A stretch of 64,000 nucleotides of DNA from Chiloscyllium plagiosum. Taxonomy: Eukaryota. Of the stretch, positions 14,027-26,898 are shown in pieces (positions within the stretch are counted from its first letter, which is position 1; the number at the start of each line of letters is the position of its first letter). The stretch is taken from the NCBI RefSeq assembly GCF_004010195.1, contig NC_057711.1, positions 78,866,456-78,930,455 on the forward strand, written 5' to 3'. The notes under the pieces are model-generated. The model was not told the origin of the DNA, ran no database searches, and saw only the letters and a list, made by a program, of their open reading frames with translations. A program made the translations under genes and the position numbers.

Positions 14027-14561
14027 CTCTCAGACAACAGCCACTCTCAGACAACAACTCACCAGAACGAAGGACCCGATACCCAGCATGAGCAAAACTA
14101 ATGTAGTGTACAAAATCCCATGCAAGGACTGCACAAAACACTATATAGGACAAACAGGAGGACAGCTAACGATCCGCATCCACGAACATCAACTAGCCAC
14201 GAAACGACACGACCAGCTATCCTTAGTAGCCACACACGCAGACGACAAGCAACATGAATTTGACTGGGACAACACTACCATTATAGGGCAAGCGAAACAA
14301 AGAACAGCCAGGGAATTCCTAGAAGCATGGCACTTATCCACAAACTCCATCAACAAACACATCGACCTGGACCCAATATACGGCCACTACAGCGGACAGC
14401 TGAAACTGACAACCGGAAGCGGCAGGGACAGGCCACTATAAATGCCAGAGGAAACACCACAGAAGCGCTTCACAGGAGGCTCCCAAGCACTGAGGATGTC
14501 ACCTAGACAGGGGACGAAACGTTTGCAACAAAAACTTCCAGCTCGGCGAACAGAACCACAG
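14027..14561 (+). mobile_element. Penelope-like element 3' fragment (GIY-YIG endonuclease plus pLTR with hammerhead)
   Basis: NVVYKIPCKDCTKHYIGQTG...RIHEH...REFLEAWH is a GIY-YIG domain with the PLE CxxC insert; near-identical to 50020-50385. Confidence 0.92.
14487..14526 (+). ncRNA. Minimal type I hammerhead ribozyme motif (PLE type)
   Basis: GCA-CUGAGGA-U-GUCACCU(AGAC)AGGGGAC-GAAA-CG-UU-UGC: stem I GCA/UGC, stem II, loopless palindromic stem III ACGU, GUU triplet. Confidence 0.85.
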
Positions 14562-14749
14562 CAGGTCCAACAAGGGATGGTGCAACACAACACCTCAATT
14601 CAGGGCAATGAAACCAGACAGGTGTGCAAATATCAAGGTAACACTGGGAGAGCATTTTAGGGATAGCAGCCACAACACTATATGTTTTAAGGTTGTTATG
14701 AAAAAGGAAAAAGATGTTCTGAAAAAAAAAGGTTTTGGATTGGGAAAAT

Positions 14750-14835
14750 GGACAAGCAGGAGTCTGGAAGAACACAGGTAGCATCAGAAGGCAGAGAAGT
14801 CGACATTTGGGTGTAACCCTTCTTCAGGACTGGGG
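14750..14835 (-). mobile_element. PLE-related short terminal fragment with decayed hammerhead
   Basis: Minus strand AGUC-CUGAAGA-A-GGGU(UAC)ACCC-AAAUGUC-GACU; same family as 62510-62640. Confidence 0.65.
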
Positions 14836-16050
14836 AAAGGCAGAATCTGGTCAAAATAGACAGTTAACAGCTACTTGAGGGTAAATCTCCTACAAAACAA
14901 TGGGAGGCATTCAAAAATGAATTGGTGGAGAGTATAGGTCAAACATGTTCTCTTTAGGATGAAATGTAGGACAACAAAAATGTTTATATGTGTATTCAGA
15001 CTGGATAAAAAGGAAAAGAGAGCTGTATAATTGGTACAAAGAAAGTAAAACTGGGGTCCTAGAGGAGTTTAGGAAGTGCAGGTGGGAGCCCAAGAAAGCA
15101 ATTAGGAGAGCAAAGAGGGTGAAGAGAAAATGCCTATTCCTTCTCTTATTTTCTATGACTCTCTAGAAATGTAACCTTCATGAGCAATTCAAAATAAAAA
15201 CAATGATGCTTATATATTTCCAAGGCAGGATGGGAAAGATTTGGGAGAATCCCAAGATAATTCACAAGTATATCAAGGCGAAGAGGATAATCAGGGAAAG
15301 AGTAGGGCATTTTAAGGACCAAGGGGGAATCTATGCATGAAGCAGGAGGACATTGGGAGAGTGTTAAACAAATACTTCATATTTGCCTTTACTCAGAAGA
15401 AGAAGAAGCAGAAGAAGGACTGCTTTGCTTTGTATCCCAAACTGCTATGGAAGACAAAGGAGGAAATAGCAGGAGCTCTGACGCAAATTTTTAATTTCTA
15501 TTTGGTCACAGGGGATGTGCCAGAGAACTGATGTGATTCAACTTTATAAGAGAGCAGTAGAGATAGACCAGTCTCATATCAGTCATTCTGCTGGAGGTGG
15601 TGGAAATGGCTATGGATATGGATGCTGGTGGAATGGTAAAACAGTCCCTACACAATGGCCATTTATTAAAAGGAATGCTACATTTGCAAACTGTAGGCCA
15701 GTTTCAGAATATGTGCAGATGTAAGACACAGTTTAATAAAATAAAAATACTGGTAGTCGCATATGTAAAGATCTACAAATAGAACAGCCACCACTATCCT
15801 TCTTGCATGAGATAGCTTCATAGAGGAGATATCTAAAACATTCCTTGGGGAACCAACTGATGTGGACAAACCAGATAGATACAAGTGGTTGAGGCTGATA
15901 TATTGAAGGAGTTACATATGTTTCTTAAGGCTAAAGGATCAAAGTGTATGGGGTAAAAGCTGGTGAGTTGGATGATCAGCCATGATCATATTGAATGGTG
16001 AGGCAGGCACGAAGGGCTGAATTGCCTATTCTTTCTCTTATTTTCTATGA
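14836..16050 (+). mobile_element. Degenerate CR1 ORF2 fragments and 3' end
   Basis: EDIGRVLNKYF and EEIAGALTQIF..TGDVPEN (15337..15531); 3' UTR GATCAGCCATGATCATATTGAATGG near 15975. Confidence 0.7.
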
Positions 16051-17584
16051 CTCTCTAGAAATGTAACCTTCATGAGCAATTCAAAATAAAAACAATGATG
16101 CTTACATATTTCCAAGGCAGGTTGGTGAGTGGCTCGGAGGCAGAATTCAGGTGCAGGTGTTCCTTCCCATATGTTTTTTCTTCTCTTGTCCATCTAAATA
16201 GAATGCTCATATGTTTAGAAGGTATCTAACTGAGCCTTACAAAATATAACAAAATCTATATTACTTAATTTTTATAGGATGTACATCCATTTAAATAGAG
16301 CATTTATGAAACAATAGCTAGTTCAAATCATTTACAGACTTTCTATAAAGCATATCAATTGCTTTACATTAATTTATTGAATTAACATGAAAATTTATTG
16401 AATGTCTAATAGATTTGTTGCCTCTATGTACATGTGAGTGGGTTAAAAGAGGCATTTTGTTTTAATCCCTGTAAAGCATTTGCACAAATGTAGTTAGGAT
16501 TTTTTCTATAAATTTGGATTCATTCAGTCATTGCAGTGGTGAGGAGCTGTTACGTTACTTAATTAAAGTGCTAACCAGAGAATTAGAGATCAAACCTACA
16601 AAAGAGGCTAATTCTCCTGTGTGGGCCACATACATCATACACATATAGACTTCTGACTTTGAATGAGTCATAAAACATGGGAAAATCAATGTAAACTGTC
16701 TTAGTTCATGCCCATTCTACTTTTTGATGAAAAACTTGTTTTGGTCTATTTTTAATACAAGTACTATTTGCTGTTTTTCTTCATGTGGCTTAACACCAGC
16801 AAGAAAAAATGTAAGGAAGAAATCAATATAATTTCAGAACTGCAAGGATGAAATAATGTAAAGTATCACTACAGGAAGCATGATAGGAGTGTACAATACA
16901 TATGAAACTGAAATGAAAAAATGGAAAGACATAGCAGTGGTGTCAACACCTGAAAGGAATAACCATTGCTCACTGTGTTAGTTTCAAGAAAAAGATCTTT
17001 ACCTTTTCAGATCGTAATTGGTATACACTGTATTTCCAGCATTTTCTGCTTTTATTTCCAACAGAATTAAACTGTACCTGTGAACAACAGCAACAACTAA
17101 TGCTTAAATGTCCGTAATGTTGTAAGACATCCCAAAGCTCTTCATAAATGGGGCAGATTAGGCACCAATCAGAAACAGGGGGAAAATTAGGGGGAGGTAA
17201 TCAGAGACATTGTCAAAGAAGTAGGTTTGAGAAGGCTGTTAAACGTGGAGAGCATTGAAGCACAACTGATGGATTTCGAATGAAAATCCCATTGCTATGA
17301 CTGAAAGCATTGCCAATGATAGCAAAGTGAGAAGAGCAGAAAGAAATTGTTGTCTGGACTCAGAAGCACAATGAATGTAAAGTTTGATATAGCTGGATTG
17401 AATGAAATAATGAGGCAAGACATTTAAATAAAGCTGAAAGAAACAAAAGAAAAATTGTGCAGTTCATGATCGCAGCACACCTCAAAGCATTTTACTGGTG
17501 ATGAATACTTCTTGAAATATAGAAAACAAGACAATTTTCAAGTCCAGTAACCAAATGAAGGGGAGAAATTCATATATATATCAC

Positions 17585-17945
17585 ACCTTTCAGTACCTCA
17601 GGATGTTACACTATAATTTATAATAAATTCAGTACTTTTAAAGTAGTCACTAGTAACAAGACAGATATTTGTACAGAGCAAGCCCTACAAACATCAATGA
17701 GGTGACCAGATAATAAATCTTAGTGATGTAGCTTAAGTGTAAATATTAGCCAATATACTTGGAAGAATTCCTCTATTCCACTTTGAAATATTGCCAAGGG
17801 GTCATTTATTTCATCCTGAAAGGGGGTCAGTTTAATTTCTTATCTGAAAGATAGCATTTCTAACTTCCTTAGCACTGAATATATAGTTAAGTCTCTGAGT
17901 GAAACCTGAACTCACAACATTTCAGTTGTGACAGTGATACCACTG
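17585..17945 (-). mobile_element. Old Deu-domain-like SINE (SacSINE1/AmnSINE-like), degenerate
   Basis: Reverse complement resembles 35360-35680 in the Deu-like core (GCTAATATTTACAC..AACATCACTAA..ATTATCTGGTCA..CATTG.TGTTTG). Confidence 0.55.
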
Positions 17946-18228
17946 GGAAATGGCTGTTCTGATAAAATTTGGGAAACCACTAGGCTGTATTCTTCTCTTG
18001 GAAGCACATTTATAAATCTGGTTATTTTCTGACTCAATTGCCCACTGATCTAATAAAAGCCTCCATCAACAACACTATGACTAATATTGAAAAATAAGCA
18101 TTTTTCTATGTGAGAAATGCTATAGAATTATAAAACTGGTAGTCTGTTTCAAAACACCAGAAAACATATCAAAGACACAACCTGTTATGACAGTCTCTTA
18201 AGACTGTCATTCATTCTCAACCGAGCTA

Positions 18229-18570
18229 AAATCACAAAACACTAGGTTATAGTGCAACAGGTTTATTTGGAATACCAACTTTTGGAGCACTACTCCTTCA
18301 TCAGATAGCTAGTGGAGCAGGATCATTAGGCACAGAATTTATAGCAAAAGATCATAGTGTATGCAACTGATGCGATATATTGAATAAACCTAGGTCGCTG
18401 TTAAGTCTTTCATCTTTTAGAATGGGTTGCAGGTTTTGATTCATTAATGTGTAAATCCCAGAACTGCTTTCAAATCACATGTCCAAGATCAATTAAGGTT
18501 TTATTTAAAAAGGTGACACCTCAGATCAGACGAAGGTGTGAAGTTGTAGAGTCTGTCTTTATTCAAATCT
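18229..18570 (-). mobile_element. PLE-related pLTR-like fragment (same family as 49528-49684) with decayed hammerhead
   Basis: Minus strand CUGAUGA-A-GGAGU(AGU)GCUCC-AAAAGUUG followed by AATAAACCTGTTG.ACTATAACCT. Confidence 0.7.
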
Positions 18571-18574
18571 TGAC

Positions 18575-18682
18575 CAGTTCAAGAAGACAGCTCATTACCA
18601 CAATCTTCAGGGCAATTAGGGATGGTCAATAAATGTTAACCTACTCAGTGACATATACATCCCATGAATGAATTATAAAAAT
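18575..18682 (+). mobile_element. LINE/SINE 3' end (GGGCAATTAGGGATGG..AATAAATG..CCCATGAATGAAT tail)
   Basis: Matches the tail of the SINE at 45973-46332. Confidence 0.7.
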
Positions 18683-19011
18683 TGCAACTTAATAGAAGCT
18701 TTAGCCATTAAAACTTATTTATTGAAATTATATCAAACATCAAACTCAAGTAGTCTACCAACTGAACTAAAATATAGCACAAACTTATCTTACACAAGCT
18801 GAAGTTCTGGAAGCCACAACAGAGGAAATGGAGACTTACAATTTGTCCACAATATCTTTCAACTCTCATTTTTGTACAGGAGTAAAAGCCTAGCTGGAAG
18901 CAAGAGTCAAAGTTGGACTCAGTCATGTCAAAATGTATCAATACCCATTTACAAAGGGTGTGTGTGTGGCTGTTGCCAGTTGGTTGTGCCATAAGATAGT
19001 CATTCTATGAT

Positions 19012-20440
19012 TCATAGTGCTTTACAGCATGGACCATTCGATCCTACTCACCCATGCTGACCAGATATCCTCATTTAATCTAGTCCCATTTGCCAGCATC
19101 TGGCCCATATCCCTCTAAACCTTTCCTATATATATACACATCCAGATGCCTTTTAAATGTTGTAATTGTACCAGACTCCACCACTTCCTCTGGCAGCCCA
19201 TTACACGCAAACATCACCCTCTGCGGAAAGAAGTTGCCTCTTATGCTCTTTTTAAATCTTTCCTCTCTCATTTTAAACCTATGCCATCTAGTTTTGGACT
19301 CTACTACCCTAGGTGATTCACTATATCCATGCCCCTCATGATTTTATAAATTTTTAGAAGATTACTGCTAATCCTCTGATGCTTTAGGGAAAACAGCTGC
19401 AGCCCAATCAGCCTCTGCCTATAGTTCAAGCCCTCCAACCCTGTCAACATCCTTGTAAATCTTTTGTGAACCCTTTTAAGTTTCACAACTGCCTTCTTAT
19501 AGCAGATAAAGCAAAATTGATAGCAGCATTCCAAAAGTGGCCATACTTTTGTCCTGTACAGCCACAACATGACCTCCCAACTCCTATACTCAATGCACTG
19601 ACAAATGAAGGCAAGCATACTAGATGCCGTCTTCACTATCTTATCTACCTGTGACTCTACTTTCACTGAAGTATGAACCTGCACTCCAAGGTCCCTTTGT
19701 TCAGTAACACTCCCTAGGACTTTACCATTAAATGTATAAGTCCTACTAAGATTTGACTTTCCAAAATGCAGCACCTAAATTAAGCTCCATCTGCCACTCT
19801 TCGGCCCATTGGCCCATCTGATCAAGGTCCCATCGTGCTCTGAAGTAACCTTCTTTGCTGTCCACTACACCTCCAATTTTGGTGTCATCTGCAAACTTAC
19901 CAGCAATACCTTCAATATTCACATTTAAATCATTTATATAAATAACAAAAAACCAGGGATCCAGTACCAATCGTTGTGATACACCACTGGTCACAGGCCT
20001 CCAGACTGAAAAACAACCCTTTGTCTCCTACCCTTGAGCCAGTTCTGTATCCAAATGGCTAGTTCTCCCAGTATTCCAAGTGTTCCAACCTTGCTAACTA
20101 GTCTAGCATGCAGAACCTTGCTAAGCACCTTACTGAAGTCCATATAGATCACATCCATCACTCTGCCTTCATCAACTCTCTTTGTTACTTCTTCAAAAAA
20201 CTCAATTAAGTTAGTGAGACATGATTTTCCATGCACAAAGCGATGTTGACTATCCCTAATCAGTCCTTGCTTTTCCAAATACATGTAAATCCTGTCCCTC
20301 AGGATACTTCCAACAACTTGCCCACCATTGATGACAGGCTCACCTGTCTATTGTTCCCTGGCTTTTACTTACCACCTTTCTGAAATGGTGGCACCAAGTT
20401 AACCAACCTCTAGTTTTCCAGCACCTCACCTGTGGCTATC
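19012..20440 (-). mobile_element. 5'-truncated CR1/HER1-type LINE (RT to 3' end), degenerate
   Basis: SQHRFVHGKSCLTNLIEFFEEV, KFADDTKIGG and QRDLGVQVH in consecutive broken ORFs. Confidence 0.93.
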
Positions 20441-21073
20441 CTTACCTGTGGATGTTATTGTCTCATGTTCAACATGGAAGTTCTTCAGAGCAAGTGGTGA
20501 GCTGAATGCTCTGGGTATCTGCTCTGAGTTCCTTGTTGAGATTTTCCAATGTCGAGCTTGTTTGAGTTTGGCTCAAAGATGGGTGGCAAAATATTAATGA
20601 GGGTGAGTTGTGACATGAACAAGATATTTAGCATGCTTCAATTGGCATCTCTCTGCTGTCTGACATGATTCTTGCCTTGCCATTTGTGGCAAGCATAAAA
20701 GATGGACCTTGAAACCCAGATGACCCTTGCCACATTTCTTGTTCAAATCTCCCACAAATCTCACCACATCCTACATTGCTCAGATTCTGACAAGGTACTG
20801 CCCATTGCTTTTGTTGGGGAATACTAAAAATCAATGAAGGTCAAGTCCAGCTGTAAGTAAGAATCAAAGTTAAACTCAGTGGTGTCAAAACTCATGCAAC
20901 AAAAAGCGAATAACAGCTGCTGTAACATCTTTACTATTCAGTCTTCAATGTGCCTTTAGGCCAATAGTTCTATCAATACTACAGCATGAAATCAATAGCC
21001 ACATGACAATTCAATTCAGAACAGTCAATAACAAGTATAAAAACAAAGCTAGGTATGACTTATACTTCTTCAG

Positions 21074-21279
21074 AAGAAAGTGAGGGCTGCAGATGCTGGA
21101 GATCAGAGCCGAAAATGTGTTGCTGGAAAAGCGCAGCAGGTCAGGCAGCATCCAAGGAGCAGGAGAATCGATGTTTCAGGCATGAGCCCTTCTTCAGGCT
21201 CATGCCCGAAACGTCGATTCTCCTGCTCCTTGGATGCTGCCTGACCTGCTGCGCTTTTCCAGCAAAACATTTTCAGCTC
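21074..21279. mobile_element. Palindromic PLE-derived short element (83-bp arms, 8-nt spacer) with 12-bp TSD
   Basis: Arms 21106-21188 and 21197-21279; spacer CTTCTTCA; ATACTTCTTCAG at 21062-21073 and 21280-21291. Confidence 0.9.
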
Positions 21280-21587
21280 ATACTTCTTCAGTAAGGATGA
21301 GTAAAGTTCTATCTGATCCAAACAATTTAATATTTGGCATTGTAGATGAACGTTTTAAAAAATGAATAGCTATCCAAGATGACTGGCAGAAGTGGAAATT
21401 CTCCTGAAATCTGTATCATACTATTAACAGCCATGGAGGTCAATACTATACAAAGATTGCACCTGATAACTGATAAAATATTATGATAACTGTCTGGGAT
21501 GTATTTTTCTTTGTGATGCAGCTATGTCCAAAGTTAATTGGGATAATTGGACTGGATGGCATTGACTTACTCCATGTCTGAGTTTTG

Positions 21588-21623
21588 CCTTTGTATTATC
21601 CTTTGTATTATCCTTTGTATTAT
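21588..21623 (+). repeat. Tandem repeat (CCTTTGTATTAT)x3
   Basis: Three perfect 12-bp units. Confidence 0.95.
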
Positions 21624-22149
21624 TACTGCACTTTCAGTTTGATTAAGAATAATCACGAACTGCAATATATTCTCCAGATATTTGGCTGTAAGTTATTCTA
21701 ACTATAAAGTTCATCAACAAGACTATATTTGATATATTAGTCCTGTTAACATGATGTTCATGACCCCAGTGCTCAGGACCACACACACAATGCACATGCT
21801 ATCAACTGTTGCATGTTCCATGTGCAAGGTGTGAGGGAAGTATCTGTGACTCTGAAAGTCTTTGTACCAGACAACCAACAATGCTTATAAGACAGAAATA
21901 AACCTTTTGTCCTACTATCTCCGCACTACTTATTTGATAGACTGTCAGACATCATGACTCACAAAAGTTATTGATTAAATCCTTGCTGTATGGTGTAATT
22001 TCAATGTCTGAACAGCACCACTGGAGAAAAGAACTGTTACATTGCAGGAGGAGCCTTTTGTGTCTGCAAATCTCTCCAAATGAGCATGACATTTAATGTC
22101 ATTTTCCTGCCTTCTTGATGTAATCCTCTACATTGTTCCTTTTCAAATA

Positions 22150-23340
22150 ACTCAAATCCTCTCTGGATGCAGGTGAAGTGCCAGAGAACTGGAAGGTTGC
22201 TATTATTATCCCGTTATTAAAAAAGGGAGGAAGAGATAGAGCAGGAAATTACAGGCCAGTCAGTCTAACCTCAGTGGTGGAGAAGTTATTAGAAAGAAAT
22301 CTGAGAGACAGAATATATCTGCACTTGGAAAGAAATGGATTGATCAGGGAAAAGACAGCATTTCTTAAGGGAAGTTTGTGCTTGAAAACCTTAATTTTAT
22401 TTTGAGCAGTGTTGATAAAGATAATGCATTTGATGTGGTCTATGTGAACCTCAGCAAGACTTTTGATAAGATCCCTTCTGGCAGGCTGGTCAAGAAAGTA
22501 GGAGCCCATGGGATCAAAGACAAAGTAGTATTCTGGATCCAAAGTTAACTGTGAGGCAGGAAGCAGGATGTGATTGTAGAGATATGTTTCCTTGGCTGAA
22601 ATGCTGGTTCCAGTGGGGTCATGCAGGGTCAGTGCTGGAACATTTGCTGTTTGTGGTTTACATTAATGCTTTAGACTTAAATATAGAGGGTATGATCAAG
22701 AATGTTCATAGATAACACAAAAATTGGTGGGATGGTAAATAGTGAGGAGGATAGCTATAAACTGCAGGATATCAATAGACTGGTCAGGTAGAGCAGTGAC
22801 AAATATAACTCAACCTGGAAAAATGTGAGGTAAATCGTTTGGGGAGGGCTAATAAAGCGACGGGTCAGACTATGAATGGGTGAACCCTGGAAAGTACTGA
22901 GGATCAGAGAAAACTTGAAAGGCACATCAATAGATCCTTGGAAGTAGCAAGGCAGGTGAATAAAGTCAAGGTTGAGAGGGGACCTGATAGATATCTGTAT
23001 AATTACGAGGAGCATAGGAATTGTGAATAGAAAGACTCTGTTTCTGTTAGTAGATGGGTCAGTAACCTGGGGGCATAGATTGAAGATAAGAGATAGACAG
23101 CTAGAGGAGTGTTGAGAATTTTTTTTCACACAGAGTGTGATGAGAGAATGAAACTCAGTGCCTAAAATGCTGGTTGAGTTAGGCACTCTTGTAACAGTCA
23201 AGCAGTATTCAGATACTCACTTGTGTTGCCATTGCCTCCAGGGTTGTGGGATTAGTATAGTCAGATATTTTGCGGATTGAAGCAGATACAATGGGTTGAA
23301 TGGTCTCCTTCTGTGGCGTAGACAGCTATGAATCTATGAG
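22150..23340 (+). mobile_element. Degenerate CR1 LINE (RT to 3' end, internally deleted)
   Basis: PENWKVAIIIPLLKKGGRDRAGNYRPVSLTSVV (22178..22405); CTATGAATCTATGA tail. Confidence 0.88.
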
Positions 23341-25437
23341 TACAGTCTAATTCCCTCTCGATTGCCTCAATTGTCTCCACCACACTTTCAGGCAATGCAT
23401 TTCAAATCTTAATGACTTGCTGCTTGAAAATGTTTTTCCCAGTGTTTGTGTAATATGTATTTAGAATGCTTGGATGGTTCTGTGCATTGCTTGCTCTTCC
23501 TTAAGTTTTCCTGCAACTAATTGTACTTTATTGAAATTGAAACCGAATAACATGTATAAGTGTTAAATATAGAAAAACAGACACTTTCACAAATTCAAGC
23601 TGTTCCAAAGTATTCTCAAGCCAAATTTGGATTTCTGAATTGTGCTGATTGTTGTAGTGCAGGAAATATGGCAGCTAATTTGCAGACAGCACCCTCCCAT
23701 AGATAAAATATTGGATAGTTTTTATTTGCTCTTTTAATAATTTTGAGTACTACAATTGAGTTCTGCTCAAATATGACTAATGTGAATCTGACTGGTCAGT
23801 CCTTCGATCTCCTGACTCTGAAGGCAGAGTCCTTAATATCCAAGATAAATTGTCAAATGGATATACCTTACATAACCTCCTGCTCTCACTCTACATCCTC
23901 ATTTTTGACTGTAAACTTTCTGAGAATTAGAAGTGACAACATTTGCTTTCTTGCAGTTCTGGTCTAGTCTGAATATGATTTGTAATGCTGATAGAGTACC
24001 TCATGGTATTAAATCAAATAAAAATGACTTGAATTGGGTCAAGTCTCACTCCTATTGAACATTTATGATTATGAAACACATAATAACAGCCAAATTGGCT
24101 TAAATTATCTTAAGCAACAGTCATAACTGGGTGCAAGAATTGCAACCTTTGCTATCTTCTCTTGTGTTTAACACACTTGCAACTGGATGCTTGTTACATG
24201 GTTAATTTTAAATGACATTCAATTTACATGGAAATGCAGTGAATTCTGGCTCACATATGACCAGGTAACACAAAGAAAATGGAAATGGAACAAGGCATAA
24301 TCTTAGATAGAAAAGAAAGAAGGAAGCATGACCTTACATCAAATAGATGGATAAAATAACTTATGAGAAAAGAAACGTATGTATGCGAGTGATCCTTCTA
24401 TACATCTGTCATTTTAGCGCTCCGAATCTGAGTACAGAGATAAAGTTATGTTATTGCATTTAGCCAGGAAAGGTCTGATCAATCAATCCCAGTGTTCCTA
24501 GATTATGACCATTCTTCTCGATAAAATTGCAAAGTAGTTTTCTTTAAATTGCCCTTTCTTTTTCCTTTAATGTTCCTTTCAGTTTCAAAATGTACAGAAG
24601 CAAAATTGCACCAGAATTTGTTTCCAGTAGTGTCACTAAATGAGGGAAGGGAATAATGTGATGAAGCACTAATTCTTTTCTCAAGTTTTAAATTCCTTTT
24701 GTTGGTTAACTTTATATTCACCTGAATCTTTTGCTTTCTGGCAAAGTCAAAGTTGCATTGAAGTTATTGGAGGTTTATTCAGTGTGATGCATCACGAGAC
24801 TTTTTGACCTATCATCCCATATTCACCTCATTAAGTACCTAGCCTACACCATGGGTTTTTCACATCTGCTTTCCTTTCCATCTTCCCATTAACTATTTCT
24901 GATAGAGTTTGCCATTCTGTAAAGTCTGCTGAAACACTAGAATCCATCATACCTGTGCCTTCTTTAAAGGACTACAGTATTATGCACTTAGATGAGTATT
25001 AGTAGTCTGGGTTGCCCCTCACTGGCAAATGTAGTGGAACAGCAGCATGGGGTTATGGCTGACACACCCTCATACATAAAACCTCATTCTGTCCCCTCAG
25101 TTCCTGGTTAACCACCATGGTACATACTTTGCATTTCCAAAGCTACATCTCGTTTGAGCAACCTCTTAGTCTGCCTTATCCTAATCATACTGCCCAGTGT
25201 AGTCTTGCAGTTTATCATTGTCCAGCAGGGGAACATCATGTACGGGATAGCAAACAGATAAATACAGATATAAATGTTAGCTTTTATTTCCAGGAAGGGA
25301 AAATGAACAAAAATGAGCATTTTTAGCATCGTGACCAAAATGTCCGAGAGTTGATGATATTCTGCTGCACCCAGCGACATCAACTGGATGGGGGTATCAA
25401 TGAAGTTTTGTCTGGCTCATAGTGCCCATTACAGTGA

Positions 25438-26480
25438 GGGAGGCAATAGCCTAGTGGTACTATTGCTAGGTTTTTAATCCATAAATTCAGCTAATATTCT
25501 GGGGATCTGAGTTTGAATTTGAATTCAATAAAACAAATCTTGAACTAAGGATTTTCTGATCATTGTCAATTGTCGGACAAACCCATTTGGCTCACTAATA
25601 TCCTTCAGGGAAGGAAATCTGCCATTCTCATTTGGTCCAGAGCCACAGCAACATGGTTAATTCTCAGCTACCCTCCGAAATGGCCTAAAAAGCCAGTCAG
25701 TCATGGTAATTGCTGCAAAGTCTCAAGAAAGAAGTGAAACCAGACAGAGCACCTGGCATTGACCGAAGCACCAGATTGACAATGGCAAAAACAGCCCTCC
25801 TGGCCCTGCAAAGTCCTCCTTACTAGCATCTTAAGCGAATACCAAATTGAGATTTGTCTCACAGACTAGTTAAGCAATGGCCTGGTATAGTCATACTCAC
25901 AGACTTATACCTTACAGACAATGTCCCAGATGTCACCAGCATCATCACTGGAAATGTCCTGTCCCACGGCAGGACAGACTCAGTAGAGGTGGCAGCACAG
26001 AGGTATACAGTCAAGAGGGAGTTGCCCTGGGAATCTTCAACATTGAATTTGGATCCAATGAAGTCTCATGGCAGTTGGTTAACCATGGGCAAGAAAGAGT
26101 CCTGCAAATTGTCATGTAGCATTCTCTCTCATCTGGTGAATCAGTACTCCTCCATGTTGAACAACACTTGGAGAAAGCACTGAGGGTAGTAAGGGTGTAA
26201 TATTTACTCTGGAAAGGGCTTTCAATGTCCACCACCAAGAGTGGATTGGCAGCAATACTACCATTTGAGCTGGTCAGGTCCTGATGGGTACAGCTGCTAG
26301 AATGGGTAGATGGGCAAGTGGTGAGGGAACCAACAAGAGGGAAAAACATACTTGGCCTCATCCTTACCGATCTGCTGGCTCCTGCTTTTACATTGAAAAT
26401 CCCCTCCATTGTATTGTCTGGCCCTATCGCCCCTCTAAATGGGACAGACTTCAAACAGATCGAACAGTGCAAGACTGATT
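25438..26480 (+). mobile_element. tRNA-like SINE head contiguous with a LINE APE endonuclease remnant
   Basis: Head 25438-25680 matches the SINE at 45973-46332; then SHRLVKQWPGIVILTDLYL, RQDRLSRGGSTEVY and VREPTRGKNILGLILTD. Confidence 0.75.
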
Positions 26481-26553
26481 ACACATCCTCAATCAGAATG
26501 CGCTGCAAATTGGTGATGAAATGATTACAAGTCCAACTTAGGTGCACTTGGAT

Positions 26554-26898
26554 CATAGAGTATAGAATCCCTACAGTGTGTAAGCAGGCCATTTGGCACT
26601 TCGAGTCCACATTGACCCTCTGAAAAGCATCTTACGACTATCATATCCCTGGAACCATGCATTTCCCATGGCTAACCCAACTATCCTACACATCCCTACA
26701 CACAATGGGCAGCTTAGCATGGCCAGTTCACCTTAATCTGTAAACCTTTGGACTGTTGCAAGAAACTGGAGCACCTGGAGGAAACCTGTGCATGGGGAGA
26801 ATATAAAAACTCCACACAGATTGTCGTTCGAGGGTGGAATCAAACCCAGGTCCTTGGGGTGTGAGGTAGCAGTTCTAACCACTGAGCCACCATGCTGC
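26554..26898 (-). mobile_element. HE1-type V-SINE
   Basis: Minus strand begins GGCAGCATGGTGGCTCAGTGGTTAG; V-domain and CTAT-type tail present. Confidence 0.9.

Noticed and set aside
21055..21321. Similar ORFs on both strands (CCWKSAAGQAASKEQEN), also at 47112-47429
   Set aside because: Artefact of the palindromic repeat, not genes.
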